A DNA stretch of 64,000 nt from Myxococcota bacterium (lineage in GTDB: Bacteria; Myxococcota_C; UBA6777): positions 2,411-66,410 of the forward strand of contig JAKLKB010000033.1 of NCBI GenBank assembly GCA_023150835.1. The letters run 5' to 3'. How positions within the stretch are numbered: position 1 is the stretch's first letter; every line of letters starts with the position of its first letter. Positions 32,550 to 42,452 of the stretch are shown here, one piece after another. Both the position numbers and the translations under genes were made by a program. The notes below the pieces were generated by a model. The model was given only the letters and a program-made list of their open reading frames with translations, was not told where the DNA came from and did not search any database.

Positions 32550-33261
32550 CGAGCAGCATCTGGATCATCATCTTGACGAGGTTTTGGCGTATGGTGTGGC
32601 ATCCGTGAGCGGTACGGACTTTTTCGTTGACAGCGGGTTTGTTGAGGAAGGCTTGGTGTTTGAGCAGATAACGAGCGGCCTTTTTTTGATCGGGGGTAGC
32701 TTTGGGGTTGCCGAGGATGCTTTGGAGGCGTTTGGGATCGAGGGGATTTGTTTTTTGGTTGGAAGGGTCGATGCCAAGGGCATCCATGCAGCGGAAGATA
32801 TCGTCAAGTGTGGGCGGCGGTTCTTTTGAGGCCGAAGATGCGCTGTTTGTGGTTTGCTTCGTTGTGCCAGAACAAGCGTTGTTTGTTGTGGCGTTGTTTG
32901 CAGAGGTGTTGTGTTGGGCGGAAGACTCTTGTTTTTTGGAGGCGGAAGAAGCCGTGGCTTGGGGGCCAAGGGCTTCTGTGATGTAGCGGTCTAATTCGTC
33001 AGAGAGGCTGCTGTTTTTTTCCTCGGTTTTTTCGGAGGTGTTGGGCTTTTGGGGAGCGGTGTTGTTGGATTTGTTTTCGGCTTTGTGCTTGTTGACAGCG
33101 GCGCGCAAGATCGGTCCAGCGGTGCAAGCATACAGTTTTTTGGATTCGGTTTTGTTGTTTGCGGCTTGCTGGATCTTTTCTTTGAAAGCATCGGCTGTGG
33201 GTGGGTTTGCGGGGGCTGTTTGTGCGGCGATCTTGTTTTGGAGGGCGGATACCTTGAGCAT
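32530..33261 (-). CDS. Hypothetical protein with Ala/Ser/Asn/Lys-rich N-terminus
   Basis: AAGGAG RBS before ATG 33261; convergent with uvrC and overlapping it by 20 bp. Confidence 0.7.
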   Translation of the reverse strand: MLKVSALQNKIAAQTAPANPPTADAFKEKIQQAANNKTESKKLYACTAGPILRAAVNKHKAENKSNNTAPQKPNTSEKTEEKNSSLSDELDRYITEALGPQATASSASKKQESSAQHNTSANNATTNNACSGTTKQTTNSASSASKEPPPTLDDIFRCMDALGIDPSNQKTNPLDPKRLQSILGNPKATPDQKKAARYLLKHQAFLNKPAVNEKVRTAHGCHTIRQNLVKMMIQMLLAIPPLS

Positions 33262-33514
33262 AGCGTTTCTCCTTACGGTGTGGGTGAAACAAATCGTATC
33301 GTTTTGTTGGCGAGCGCGGCGAAACGCAAAGGGTGGGCCAAGGCGTGAGAGGGCAAGGTGAGGCTTGTGCGACAAGGCAAAAGCAAGAGACGACAAAAAA
33401 GAGAGTGGGTGGATACGTGCAGGATCTGGACAGAGGCCGACGATGAAAAACAGACGAGGGCGAAGGATTGGACGGAGGCTTGGTGCAGAAAGAAAAAAAG
33501 CCGCGTTCGGGGCG

Positions 33515-33861
33515 TTCAAGCGGAGCGGACATTGGTTTGTGAAACCTCTGTTCATCCCGCCAACACGGGGTCAAGGGGCCACAGGTCCCTTGTGGGGTGA
33601 CACCCCATAGGCGTTAGGTTAAGCTATGGTTGGCCCCCCACCCCTGCCAAAGACCGTGAACAGGGGAGGGAGAGAAAGTCGGAGGCAGCGAGGTTTTGGT
33701 GTTCCATACCGCACGCTGTTTGCACGAGAGAGCGTCTTTGCCTGCTCCAACTTCCCCCCGTTGGCCGGGGGGAATGAGGGGGGGCGACAAAAGAAAGAGC
33801 AATCATCCTCGATTCTCCGATATTTCCGCCTTAACAAGGCGCGTATGGGGTGACACCCCAC
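33515..33861. repeat. Stacked repeats: family C copy 2 plus an element bounded by ~33-bp imperfect inverted repeats
   Basis: TGTGGGGTGACACCCCATAGGCGTTAGGTTAAG (33591) versus CTTAACAAGGCGCGTATGGGGTGACACCCCACA (ending 33861); internal CCCCCCG...CGGGGGG hairpin. Confidence 0.65.
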
Positions 33862-33881
33862 AAAAACCATCCAGACGTGCG

Positions 33882-33996
33882 ATACGAAATCCGCAGGGAG
33901 CGTGATCGTAAAAATGTAGGGGCAGCCCCCTGTGGCTGCCCTATTACAGGGCGTCTACGCACTCTCCATTGCGCACACATCATCCGGATATCGTAT
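33882..33996. mobile_element. MITE-like family A, copy 4 (best conserved)
   Basis: ATACGAAATCCG...CGGATATCGTAT; GTAGGGGCAGCCCCCTGTGGCTGCCC REP. Confidence 0.75.
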
Positions 33997-34017
33997 AAGT
34001 CGGATAGCCCGAAAAGA

Positions 34018-34602
34018 TCAGCGGGGAGGTTGTCCGAGGAGTTTCCAAGCCGAAGGGAGGAGGACGGCGGCGAGAGCGATCTTGAGGACAGCGCCCGGGA
34101 GGAAGGGGAAAAGGCCGAAGGCTAGGAGGTTTTTGGGGGGAACAAATGCGGAAAGCCAAGCGAGACCGCAGAGAAAGATGACGGTGGTCGAGAGGGTCAT
34201 GGCGAAGACGGTGGACAGGGGAGAACGATCCCATCCGCGTTCGGCGAGACGCCCTGCAAGCCATGCCGCCAAGACGAAACCGATCAGATAGCCGCCTGTG
34301 GCTCCGAATAATAGGGCGCTTCCTGCTTTTCCGCCTGCGAGAACAGGCAAACCGACGGCGGCTTCGGTGAGATACAGCAGGACGCTTGCAGCGCCCCGCC
34401 AAGCGCCAAGGGCCATACCGACCAGCAAGACGGCGAAGGTTTGGCCCGTGACGGGTACAGGTGTAAAGGGCAGAGGGAAGGCGATCTGTGCGCAGACGGC
34501 GATCAGAAGGCTACCTGTGAGGACCAGTCCGAGATCGTAAGTGCGCGCATGACGTTGGGTCTGAGGTCGCCAGAGGTCGGCCAAGGCGAGAGAAGAAAGC
34601 AT
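34018..34602 (-). CDS. bioY: Biotin transporter BioY
   Basis: PFTPVPVTGQTFAV, GLPVLAGG and GGYLIGF motifs. Confidence 0.95.
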   Translation of the reverse strand: MLSSLALADLWRPQTQRHARTYDLGLVLTGSLLIAVCAQIAFPLPFTPVPVTGQTFAVLLVGMALGAWRGAASVLLYLTEAAVGLPVLAGGKAGSALLFGATGGYLIGFVLAAWLAGRLAERGWDRSPLSTVFAMTLSTTVIFLCGLAWLSAFVPPKNLLAFGLFPFLPGAVLKIALAAVLLPSAWKLLGQPPR

Positions 34603-34633
34603 CTGAAAAAGTTCCTTTCGTCTGGGTTGCGGT

Positions 34634-36595
34634 TTAGAGCGTGATCTTTTTAAGTTGAGGGAGATTGCGGTACAAGTCGAGCGCTTGGGGGTTGGCGAGG
34701 GCGTCTTTGTTGGGGACATCTTGGCCGTGAAGGATGCGACGGACAGCGATCTCGACCTTTTTTCCGCTGATGGTGTAAGGGATATCGCTGATCGGCAGGA
34801 TGTGCGTGGGGACGTGGCGGGGAGTGGTTTCTTGGCGGATGGTGTCGCGGAGCTTTTTGGCGAGTGCTTCGGAAAAGGCGGTATCTTGGGCAAGTTTGAC
34901 GAAGAGGATCACTTCGACATCGTTATCGGCGTCGCGTCCGACGACAAGGCTGTCAAGGATCTCGGGAAGGGGTTCGATGGCGCGGTAGATCTCGGCAGTT
35001 CCGATGCGGACGCCGCCCGGGTTGAGTGTTGCGTCGGAGCGCCCGTAGATGGTGACGCCGCCGTGTTCGGTGATCTCGATCAGATCGCCATGACGCCAGA
35101 TGCCCGGGAAATGGTCAAAGTACGCATCGCGATAACGTGAGCCGTCTTCGTCGTTCCAAAAGCCCACAGGCTGGGAAGGAAAGGGGCGCACGCAGACGAG
35201 TTCGCCTTTTTCTTGGGTGACGGGCTTGGCGTCATCCGACCACGCTTGCACATCCATCCCAAGGCCGGGGCATTGGATCTCTTCGGAGAAGACGGGGAGA
35301 GTGGGGTTTCCGAGCATAAAACAGGAGACGATATCGGTTCCCCCCGATATCGAAGCGAGATGTAGATCGCTTTTGATATCGCGGTAGACGTAGTGAAAAG
35401 AGGCGTCCGAAAGTGGCGAACCTGTCGAAAGCACGGCATCTAACGAACTGAGATCAAAGCGGTCTTTGGGGCGCAAGCCTGTTTTTTCGAGAGCCGCGAG
35501 GTATTTTGCGCTGGTGCCAAAGAAGCGGAGGCGTTCTTGTTCGGCGATCTTCCAGAGGATCTCTTCGTTGGGATGGAAGGGCGAGCCTTCGAAGAGGACA
35601 AGGGTGGCTTGTGAGGCAAGGCCGCTGACGAGCCAGTTCCACATCATCCAGCCGCAAGTGGTGTAGTAAAAGAAGCGGTCCCCTGCGCGTAAGTCGGTGT
35701 GTAGGCGCTGTTCTTTGATATGTTGAAGCAGCGTCCCGCCGACGCCATGCACGATGCACTTGGGGATGCCCGTCGTTCCAGAGGAATAAAGAATATACAG
35801 CGGGTGATCAAACGGCGTTGGTGTAAAGGCCAAAGGCGCGGGATCACCCGCAAGCGCGTCTTGCCATGCGGTGGCTTTGGGGAGGTCTGAGATCGCGGGG
35901 ATATCGTCGATGTATTCGACCACAAGGACATCTTGGATGGATGGGATGGCATCCAACAAGCGCGGGATGCGCTCAAGCGATCGCACTGGTTTGCCTTTGT
36001 AAGTGTAGCCGTCCGTCGTGACCAACAGCTTGGGCTCGATCTGCCCGAAACGATCGAGGACACCGCGCTCGCCAAAGTCAGGCGATGTCGAAGACCAGAT
36101 CGCTCCAAGAGAAGTCGCCGCAAGCATCGCTGCGATGGTTTCGGGGATGTTGGGCATGTACGCAGCAACGCGATCACCTAACCCAATACCTTTCTGGCGC
36201 ATCCATCGAGCGATCCGAGCGACGGTCTCTCGAAGTTGCCCGTAAGTAAGGGTACGGCGCTGTCCGATCTCGTTGTGAAATACAACCGCCTCGGCGTGTT
36301 CGTCGCCTTGCAACAAGTTTTCAGCAAAGTTGAGGCGGGCATCCAAAAACCATCGACTCGACATCATGTCTTTGCCCGGCTTCCAGACCTCGGTGTAAGG
36401 CTGCGTTGCGCGGATCGAACCCATCCGCCAGATCGACTCCCAAAAAGCCCCCGTCTCGCGAACCGACCAAGCATGAAGATCCCAATAGTTTTGAAAAGAC
36501 AGACCTGTCTGGGCTTCTATCTCGCGGGTATATCGAGTGATCTGCGCTTCCGCGATCCGCGCAGGGGAAGGACACCACAAGGCTTGTTTGCTCAT
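34634..36595 (-). CDS. Acetoacetyl-CoA synthetase (acetoacetate-CoA ligase)
   Basis: [67 protein letters not shown]. Confidence 0.95.
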   Translation of the reverse strand: MSKQALWCPSPARIAEAQITRYTREIEAQTGLSFQNYWDLHAWSVRETGAFWESIWRMGSIRATQPYTEVWKPGKDMMSSRWFLDARLNFAENLLQGDEHAEAVVFHNEIGQRRTLTYGQLRETVARIARWMRQKGIGLGDRVAAYMPNIPETIAAMLAATSLGAIWSSTSPDFGERGVLDRFGQIEPKLLVTTDGYTYKGKPVRSLERIPRLLDAIPSIQDVLVVEYIDDIPAISDLPKATAWQDALAGDPAPLAFTPTPFDHPLYILYSSGTTGIPKCIVHGVGGTLLQHIKEQRLHTDLRAGDRFFYYTTCGWMMWNWLVSGLASQATLVLFEGSPFHPNEEILWKIAEQERLRFFGTSAKYLAALEKTGLRPKDRFDLSSLDAVLSTGSPLSDASFHYVYRDIKSDLHLASISGGTDIVSCFMLGNPTLPVFSEEIQCPGLGMDVQAWSDDAKPVTQEKGELVCVRPFPSQPVGFWNDEDGSRYRDAYFDHFPGIWRHGDLIEITEHGGVTIYGRSDATLNPGGVRIGTAEIYRAIEPLPEILDSLVVGRDADNDVEVILFVKLAQDTAFSEALAKKLRDTIRQETTPRHVPTHILPISDIPYTISGKKVEIAVRRILHGQDVPNKDALANPQALDLYRNLPQLKKITL

Positions 36596-36631
36596 CGTTT
36601 CAATTCTCGTCTGTCTTGTCGCAGACACTAC

Positions 36632-36902
36632 AGGATGCCGACATCCTCTCAAGTGCGTTTTTTTGTGAAAAGGAGGATGCCGACATCCTCTCAAGTGCAT
36701 TTTTTTGTGAAAAGGAGGATGCCGACATCCTCTCAAGTGCGTTCAAGTGTGAAAAGGAGGATGCCGACATCCTCTCAAGTGCGTTTTTTTGTGAAAAGGA
36801 GGATGCCGACATCCTCTCAAGTGCGTTCAAGTGTGAAAAGGAGGATGCCGACATCCTCTCAAGTGCATTTTTTTGTGCAAAGGAGGATGCCGACATCCTC
36901 TC
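36632..36902. repeat. 42-bp-period array of 7 palindromes GAGGATG-CCGA-CATCCTC
   Basis: AGGATG starts at 36632, 36674, 36716, 36758, 36800, 36842 and 36884; the linkers are near-identical variants. Confidence 0.93.
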
Positions 36903-36912
36903 CGATACAGAA

Positions 36913-37026
36913 AGGACCGATGCGGTTGAAAAGGAAAACCCTGAGATATCAGAACGTTGTAGGGGCGGTTCGCGAACCGCCCACGCCCGAACATCTGCCT
37001 TTTTCGTATCGAACTGCGTAAGTCCT
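36913..37026. mobile_element. MITE-like family B, copy 1
   Basis: Right end CTGCGTAAGTCCT, degenerate left end; flanks ATACAGAA/ATACAGAC (7/8 direct repeat); internal GTAGGGGCGGTTCGCGAACCGCCC REP. Confidence 0.75.
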
Positions 37027-37048
37027 ATACAGACTTTGGTGGAAAGGA

Positions 37049-37510
37049 TTACTTGAAGCGAACCCACGTTTGGTCGCGGTAGAAGAAGGCCAACCATCCG
37101 CGAACTTTGAGGTTGTTGGGGTTTTTGTCATCCAGCCAGATGGAGCAGCCATATTCTTTTCCGTTGGCGGGATCGAGGATCTTGCCATGTCCCCATGTGA
37201 TGTTGTCTTTGGCGGTCATGCCCCAGATGATGGTCATGCCGATGATCTTTTTGTCTTTGCGATCGCCCGTGCATTTGTCGCAATTGGGATCTTGGTTTTC
37301 TGTTTTTTTGCGAAACAGCCGAAGGATGGTCCCTGTGAGCTTGCCGTTGACAAGCTTGATCTCGACGATCGACTTGGGTTGTTTGGTTTTGTCGTCGATG
37401 GTGGTCCACTTTCCAAACACGCGCGTATCGCCCTTGGCGAAGGCGGTGGCGTGGAAAGCAAAGGCAAAAGCAAGAGTCAAGAAGAGATTGCGAAGGGAAA
37501 ACAAACGCAT
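37049..37510 (-). CDS. DUF2147-family exported protein
   Basis: Signal peptide; GKWTTIDD, GKILDPANGKEY, LKVRG, RDQTWVR. Confidence 0.9.
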   Translation of the reverse strand: MRLFSLRNLFLTLAFAFAFHATAFAKGDTRVFGKWTTIDDKTKQPKSIVEIKLVNGKLTGTILRLFRKKTENQDPNCDKCTGDRKDKKIIGMTIIWGMTAKDNITWGHGKILDPANGKEYGCSIWLDDKNPNNLKVRGWLAFFYRDQTWVRFK

Positions 37511-37663
37511 TGGGCGCTCCTTCTTATTTTGCTAGAGAGCAATGTTGGGAGAAAACGAGGGGATCCCTCAAGAAACGGGGTTAACGTATTCGCTTTTTGG
37601 ATCGCGATCAAGAGGGGACGGTGGGCGTTGCGAAACGCACGGAAAAAGGAAGAAAGACCCGGA

Positions 37664-38779
37664 TCAGTTGGGATCGGGTTTGGGAGTGGAGGGGGAGGAA
37701 GGTGGGAGGGCAGGTTCTTTGATGTAGCGGAGGTCGATGGTACCCGTGAGGGCGTTGAGGAAGGTGACGATCTCAGCGACGTCTTGTTTGGAGAGTTCGC
37801 GTGCGAGTTGATGGCGAGCCATGAGGAGGACGGCTTCTTCGAGGGTTTTGACGGAGCCGTCGTGCATATAGGGGGCGGTTTTGGCGATATTGCGGAGGCT
37901 AGGGACTTTGAAGAACATATCGAAGGTGCTGTCTTTGAGGAGGGTGCCACGACCTTTGTCTTTTTGGTTGGGCCAAGGCTTGATCATGCCGAGTTTTTGG
38001 TACATATGGCCGCCGAGTTGGGGTCCGATGTGGCAGGTGAGACATCCGCTGGTGACGAACTTGATGAAGCCTTGTTTTTCGGGGTTGGTTAGCGCATCTT
38101 TCTTGCCGTTGAGGAAGTCATCCCAACGCGAGGGGGTGACGAGGCCGCGTTCAAAAGCCCCGATGGCATCGCCCATATTTTTGTAAGAGACGGGATCTTT
38201 GTCGGAGGGATAGGCTTTTTTGAAGGCTTCGACGTAGCCCGGGATGGATTTGAGGAGGGTCTCGACTTGGGCAGGGCCGGAGATGGCCATCTCGACGGGG
38301 TTTACGACGGGCTGTGTGGCTTGGTGTTCGACGTGGGGGGAGCGGCCATCCCAAAATTGAACGAAATGCCCAGCGGCATTGTAGACGGTGGGCGAGTTGC
38401 GATCTCCGCGTTGTTTTTTGTGCCCGGGCGAAGTGGGTTCATGGTCGACACCAAATTTGTCGAGTTGGTGGCAGGAGTTGCAGGAGACATCGTGGTTTTT
38501 GGAAAGGCGTTTGTCGAAGTAGAGCATACGACCGAGAGCGATCTTGTTGGGATTTCGGCTCGAAGGGGTGTGGTAGTCGGCGGGGAGGGCTTTGTAAGCC
38601 ATCAAAAAGCCTTCTGGGACTTCGACTTGAGGGGCGGGAGGGTTGGCTTGAGCGACACGCAGCGGCTGTTTGTGGGTGGAGGGGAAGGGCAGAGGCTTGA
38701 TCGACGGGGCGGGTTTTTGAAAACCGACGAGCAGGGTGCCGATCGAAAGGAGGGTGGTGGCGAGTGCGATCTTCCGCAT
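37664..38779 (-). CDS. Di-haem cytochrome c peroxidase (CCP/MauG family)
   Basis: CNSCH and CLTCH; RNSPTVYNA, QFWDGR, FKVPSLRN, PYMHDG. Confidence 0.95.
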   Translation of the reverse strand: MRKIALATTLLSIGTLLVGFQKPAPSIKPLPFPSTHKQPLRVAQANPPAPQVEVPEGFLMAYKALPADYHTPSSRNPNKIALGRMLYFDKRLSKNHDVSCNSCHQLDKFGVDHEPTSPGHKKQRGDRNSPTVYNAAGHFVQFWDGRSPHVEHQATQPVVNPVEMAISGPAQVETLLKSIPGYVEAFKKAYPSDKDPVSYKNMGDAIGAFERGLVTPSRWDDFLNGKKDALTNPEKQGFIKFVTSGCLTCHIGPQLGGHMYQKLGMIKPWPNQKDKGRGTLLKDSTFDMFFKVPSLRNIAKTAPYMHDGSVKTLEEAVLLMARHQLARELSKQDVAEIVTFLNALTGTIDLRYIKEPALPPSSPSTPKPDPN

Positions 38780-39029
38780 AAAGAATCTCTCCTTGATGTA
38801 GGGTTGTGGGAGTGTGCCGTCTGAGGGCTGTGTGTGCCTTGTGGGACAAGCCGAGACGCTTGTCGTTGAGCGAAAGCATCTTGCAAGATGGGCAGCGGGC
38901 TTGTCAATCCATCAAGCACGGTGCGCTTTTTTGAAGATGCAGGGATGAGGGAAAACGAAGCAGAAAACGATGGAGAGAGCATCGGTGGTGTAGAGCCGAT
39001 GTTCGATGCGTGCGGAAGGAAGAGAGTCG

Positions 39030-41201
39030 ATGTTAAGGGAACTGGAAAGCGCGATCGAGCCGATTCGCCAGACCATTTCAGCGTCGGGATGGAAGAAGTT
39101 GCGGGAGGCTTGGGCCTTGTATCGGCGGGTGAGCGAGCGCGCTGTCCAAACGCAACGGCCTGTGGGTGTGGAGATCCCCGATTATGGGGCAGAAGTCTTG
39201 CAGATTGCGGCGCGGATGCACTTGGACGGGGATTCGCTGTGTGCGGCGTTGCTTTCGCGGGTGTATGAGCAGGGCTGGGTGACACAAGAAGAGATCGCGG
39301 GGGAAGTGGGGGAAGAGGCGGGATTTTTGTGCGAGACGATCAAGAGTCTGCCGTTGTTTCGTTTTCCGGGGAGGATGGAAGCGGAACGGATGGGAGAGGC
39401 GTTGGTGGCAGAACAAGCGGAGAGTTTTCGCAAGATGTTGTTTGCGATGGCGCGGGATCTGCGGGTGTTGTTGATTCGGTTGTGTGATCGGCTGCATGGG
39501 TTGAGGGTGCTGGAGTTTTTGCCTGTGGCGCAGCAGAGCCAGATCGCGCACGAATGCCGAGAACTTTACGCGCCGTTGGCGAATCGTTTGGGGATCTCGT
39601 GGTTAAAAAACGAGTTGGAAGACTTGTCGTTGCGTTATCTGCATCCTGTGGCCTTTTATGATCTTGTGGACAAGATCGACGCGACCAAGCGGGAGCGGGA
39701 GCGTTATATCGAAGAAGTGTTGGATATCTTGCGGGAACTGATGGAGAAACATCAGCTACGCTGCGAGGTGTACGGTCGCTCAAAGCATCTCAACAGCATC
39801 TATCGCAAGATGGCGCGGGGAGGGGTGAGCTTTGAACAGCTTTACGATATCCTTGCGTTTCGCGTGCTGTGCGAGACACGCGATCAATGCTACCAGATCC
39901 TTGGAGCGGTGCATGATCGGTGGAAGCCGATACCCGGGCGTTTCAAAGACTACATCGCGATGTCGAAAAACAACGGTTATCAGTCTTTGCATACGACGGT
40001 GTTGGGGCCACGCAACAAAAAGATCGAGATCCAGATCCGCACGCATCACATGCACCAAACCGCCGAAGAAGGGATCGCGGCCCATTGGCTGTACAAAGAA
40101 GGCAGTGATCCACAAGCCCGCGTGGTCGAGCAGTTTCGTTGGTTACGCGAGTTGTTGCGGCTTCAGGACGAAAAAGAAGATGCTTCGGAGCTTTTGGCGA
40201 CAGTTCGGGACAGACTGCACGAAGGGGATGTGTTTGTGTTCACGCCCAACGGTGCGGTGCGTGAACTTCCGCAGGGTTCGACGCCTGTGGACTTTGCGTA
40301 TGCCATCCATACCGAAGTGGGAAATCAGTGTGTGGGGGCCAAAGTCAACGGCAAGATTACGCCGCTGCGAGCCGTCCTATCGACGGGTGATATCGTCGAG
40401 ATCTTAACGCAACCGAACTCGCACCCCAACCGCGACTGGTTGAAGTTTGTGAAGACCAATCGTGCCCGTTCAAAGATCCGCAGCTTTTTGCGTTTGGAGC
40501 AGCGCGAAAAAGCGAGTGTGTTGGGTCGTGAGATGTTGGAAAAAGCCCTACCTGCGGGGCAAAAGTTAGGGAAGCTGTTAAAGAGCGGCGCGATCGAGGC
40601 GCTTTGTTCGGCAGTAGGAGCGGCGACCGCAGAAGAAGTGATCATGAACGTCGGCTACGGAAAGCTCGATGTAAGCGAGGTGATTCGACTGTTGTTTCCG
40701 CCTGAAAAGCCCGAGCCTGTGGTGATCGACGAGGTGGTCAAGCGTCCCTCCGAGAACAAGGGCAAGAGTACCATTTTGGTGGGAGGGATGCGGGATATCT
40801 TGGTGCGTTTTGCAGGATGTTGTAAGCCGATTCCGGGAGATCCGATCGTGGGGTTTATCTCGCGTGGGCGGGGAGCCGTGATCCACAGCGCGGATTGTGC
40901 GAAGGTGCAAAGCAGCGATCCTGCGCGGTGTATCGACGTGCAGTGGGATGTGGCTCCAAAGGGCGCACACTCGGTGCTTTTGCGTGTGATCGCCGACAAT
41001 CGGTCGGGGCTGCTGACGCAGATGACCAAGGCTTTTTCGGATCTCAGCATCAACATCTCCGCCGCACGATGCACCACCGTAGACAACCAAGCCGTCAACA
41101 CCTTTGAGTGCCAAGTCCGTGACCTTGAACAGCTTCATCATCTGGTGCAAAAGTTGGGTCGAGTCAAAGGCGTGACCGAAGTCAAGCGCGTCCGAGACTA
41201 G
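39030..41201 (+). CDS. relA: Long RelA/SpoT homologue, (p)ppGpp synthetase with degenerate HD hydrolase motif
   Basis: YAPLANRLGI, RFKDYI, NGYQSLHT, EIQIRT, TGS (TPVDFAYAIHT), CCKPIPGD and ACT domains. Confidence 0.93.
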   Translation: MLRELESAIEPIRQTISASGWKKLREAWALYRRVSERAVQTQRPVGVEIPDYGAEVLQIAARMHLDGDSLCAALLSRVYEQGWVTQEEIAGEVGEEAGFLCETIKSLPLFRFPGRMEAERMGEALVAEQAESFRKMLFAMARDLRVLLIRLCDRLHGLRVLEFLPVAQQSQIAHECRELYAPLANRLGISWLKNELEDLSLRYLHPVAFYDLVDKIDATKRERERYIEEVLDILRELMEKHQLRCEVYGRSKHLNSIYRKMARGGVSFEQLYDILAFRVLCETRDQCYQILGAVHDRWKPIPGRFKDYIAMSKNNGYQSLHTTVLGPRNKKIEIQIRTHHMHQTAEEGIAAHWLYKEGSDPQARVVEQFRWLRELLRLQDEKEDASELLATVRDRLHEGDVFVFTPNGAVRELPQGSTPVDFAYAIHTEVGNQCVGAKVNGKITPLRAVLSTGDIVEILTQPNSHPNRDWLKFVKTNRARSKIRSFLRLEQREKASVLGREMLEKALPAGQKLGKLLKSGAIEALCSAVGAATAEEVIMNVGYGKLDVSEVIRLLFPPEKPEPVVIDEVVKRPSENKGKSTILVGGMRDILVRFAGCCKPIPGDPIVGFISRGRGAVIHSADCAKVQSSDPARCIDVQWDVAPKGAHSVLLRVIADNRSGLLTQMTKAFSDLSINISAARCTTVDNQAVNTFECQVRDLEQLHHLVQKLGRVKGVTEVKRVRD

Positions 41202-41207
41202 GCGAGA

Positions 41208-42170
41208 CTAGAGCCCGTTGGATTGGGCGACGGGGAGTGTTTCGGCGATGGGGAGAAAGCGGTGGGTGTGTTGGATGGTGAGGAAGGCGTCTTTGAGGCG
41301 TTGAATTTTGCGAGTGAGAGAGAGGCGGAGATCGGGTTGGTGAGGCAAAAGGGCGGAGGCTCCGGGATCATTGTAGGCATCGAAAAAGTCGAGAGCATGG
41401 AGTTCGAGGTTCAAGAAGGGAGATTGTCGGAGGGCGAGGTGGAGCATGGTTTGGACGAGCGGGGCGGGGTAGAGCAAGAGGGAGGTTCCGATCAGGGGGA
41501 GTTGGAGTCCGGGGACGACGGCGATGGGAAGCTGCCAGATATCGGAGTGAACGGGGGCTTTGTGGGGAGTGTGTGGGTCGTCGCTGGGCTGGTAGGGATG
41601 GTGTGGTGCGAGGAGAACCTTGGGGGAGCCGAGGAGTGCGCGGCTTGGGCGGCCACGTAGCTGCATGAGGGCCATGATGGTGGCTTTTGCGAGATAATAG
41701 GGTGCGCAAGGAAAGACGGACGAATCGTAGCGATAACCGCGTTTTCGGAGGATGTGAAGCAGGTAGGGGTGGGTATTGTAGCCGGGACTGCGAAAGCCAA
41801 CGATGCGCTGTCCGGCCCGAAGGAAGGGCTGGAGTGTAGATTCGGCTTGAGCGATCTCGTCTTCCATCTCTTCGGGGGAAAGGACGGTGAGACGGTAGGG
41901 ATGGTGTTGGGTGTGGTTGGCGATCTCGTGCCCTTCTTCGACGAGTTGTTGAAGGATGGCGCGATGTGCGGGGACATGGGCATCTTCGCCGATCAAGAAG
42001 AAGGTGCCACGGATGCCGAGTTGTCGAAACAATTGGAGGATGCGGGGCATCGCGTGAGTGTAGATCGCGTCGGTTTGGTCGGCAGATGGGGCGGGAAGTC
42101 CGTGTATGTCGTGGTAAAAGCGCAGCGTATCGACATCCACACTCACAGAACAAAGGGGCTGGGCGGTCAC
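41208..42170 (-). CDS. Polysaccharide deacetylase (CE4/NodB-like)
   Basis: SVDVD, GTFF, HEIANHTQHH, GFRSPGY and YDSS. GGAGG RBS before GTG 42170. Confidence 0.88.
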   Translation of the reverse strand: MTAQPLCSVSVDVDTLRFYHDIHGLPAPSADQTDAIYTHAMPRILQLFRQLGIRGTFFLIGEDAHVPAHRAILQQLVEEGHEIANHTQHHPYRLTVLSPEEMEDEIAQAESTLQPFLRAGQRIVGFRSPGYNTHPYLLHILRKRGYRYDSSVFPCAPYYLAKATIMALMQLRGRPSRALLGSPKVLLAPHHPYQPSDDPHTPHKAPVHSDIWQLPIAVVPGLQLPLIGTSLLLYPAPLVQTMLHLALRQSPFLNLELHALDFFDAYNDPGASALLPHQPDLRLSLTRKIQRLKDAFLTIQHTHRFLPIAETLPVAQSNGL

Positions 42171-42452
42171 ACACCACCTCCATACAGCAAGAGAGCAAAG
42201 AGCGCACAACAGGATGCCTTTGCTGCCTAGAACGGATAGGGTCAAACACCACATCCACACAAAGAGAAAGGGTGTTGCTTTGCGCGTCGGGGGGGTGTGG
42301 TAGCGCGAAGCGTGCGTGCCGTCAAGGGCGGAGGAACGGTCGCGAAGTGAGGGGGCTATTGTTTTTGAAGTAGGCTTCGGTCTAAGATGCGGCGCAGAGG
42401 CAAGCGAAGTCAGTTGTTTTTGTCGAGTGGAAGGGAGCTATCGCAGATCGGG

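Noticed and set aside
36596..36736. N-terminal extension of acetoacetyl-CoA synthetase, and ORFs 36600-37097 and 36616-37056
   Set aside because: Open frames created by the stop-free 42-bp repeat; family similarity begins at MSKQALW (36595).
36632..36902. CRISPR array
   Set aside because: The linkers are near-identical 24-bp variants rather than unique spacers, and there are no cas genes in the window.
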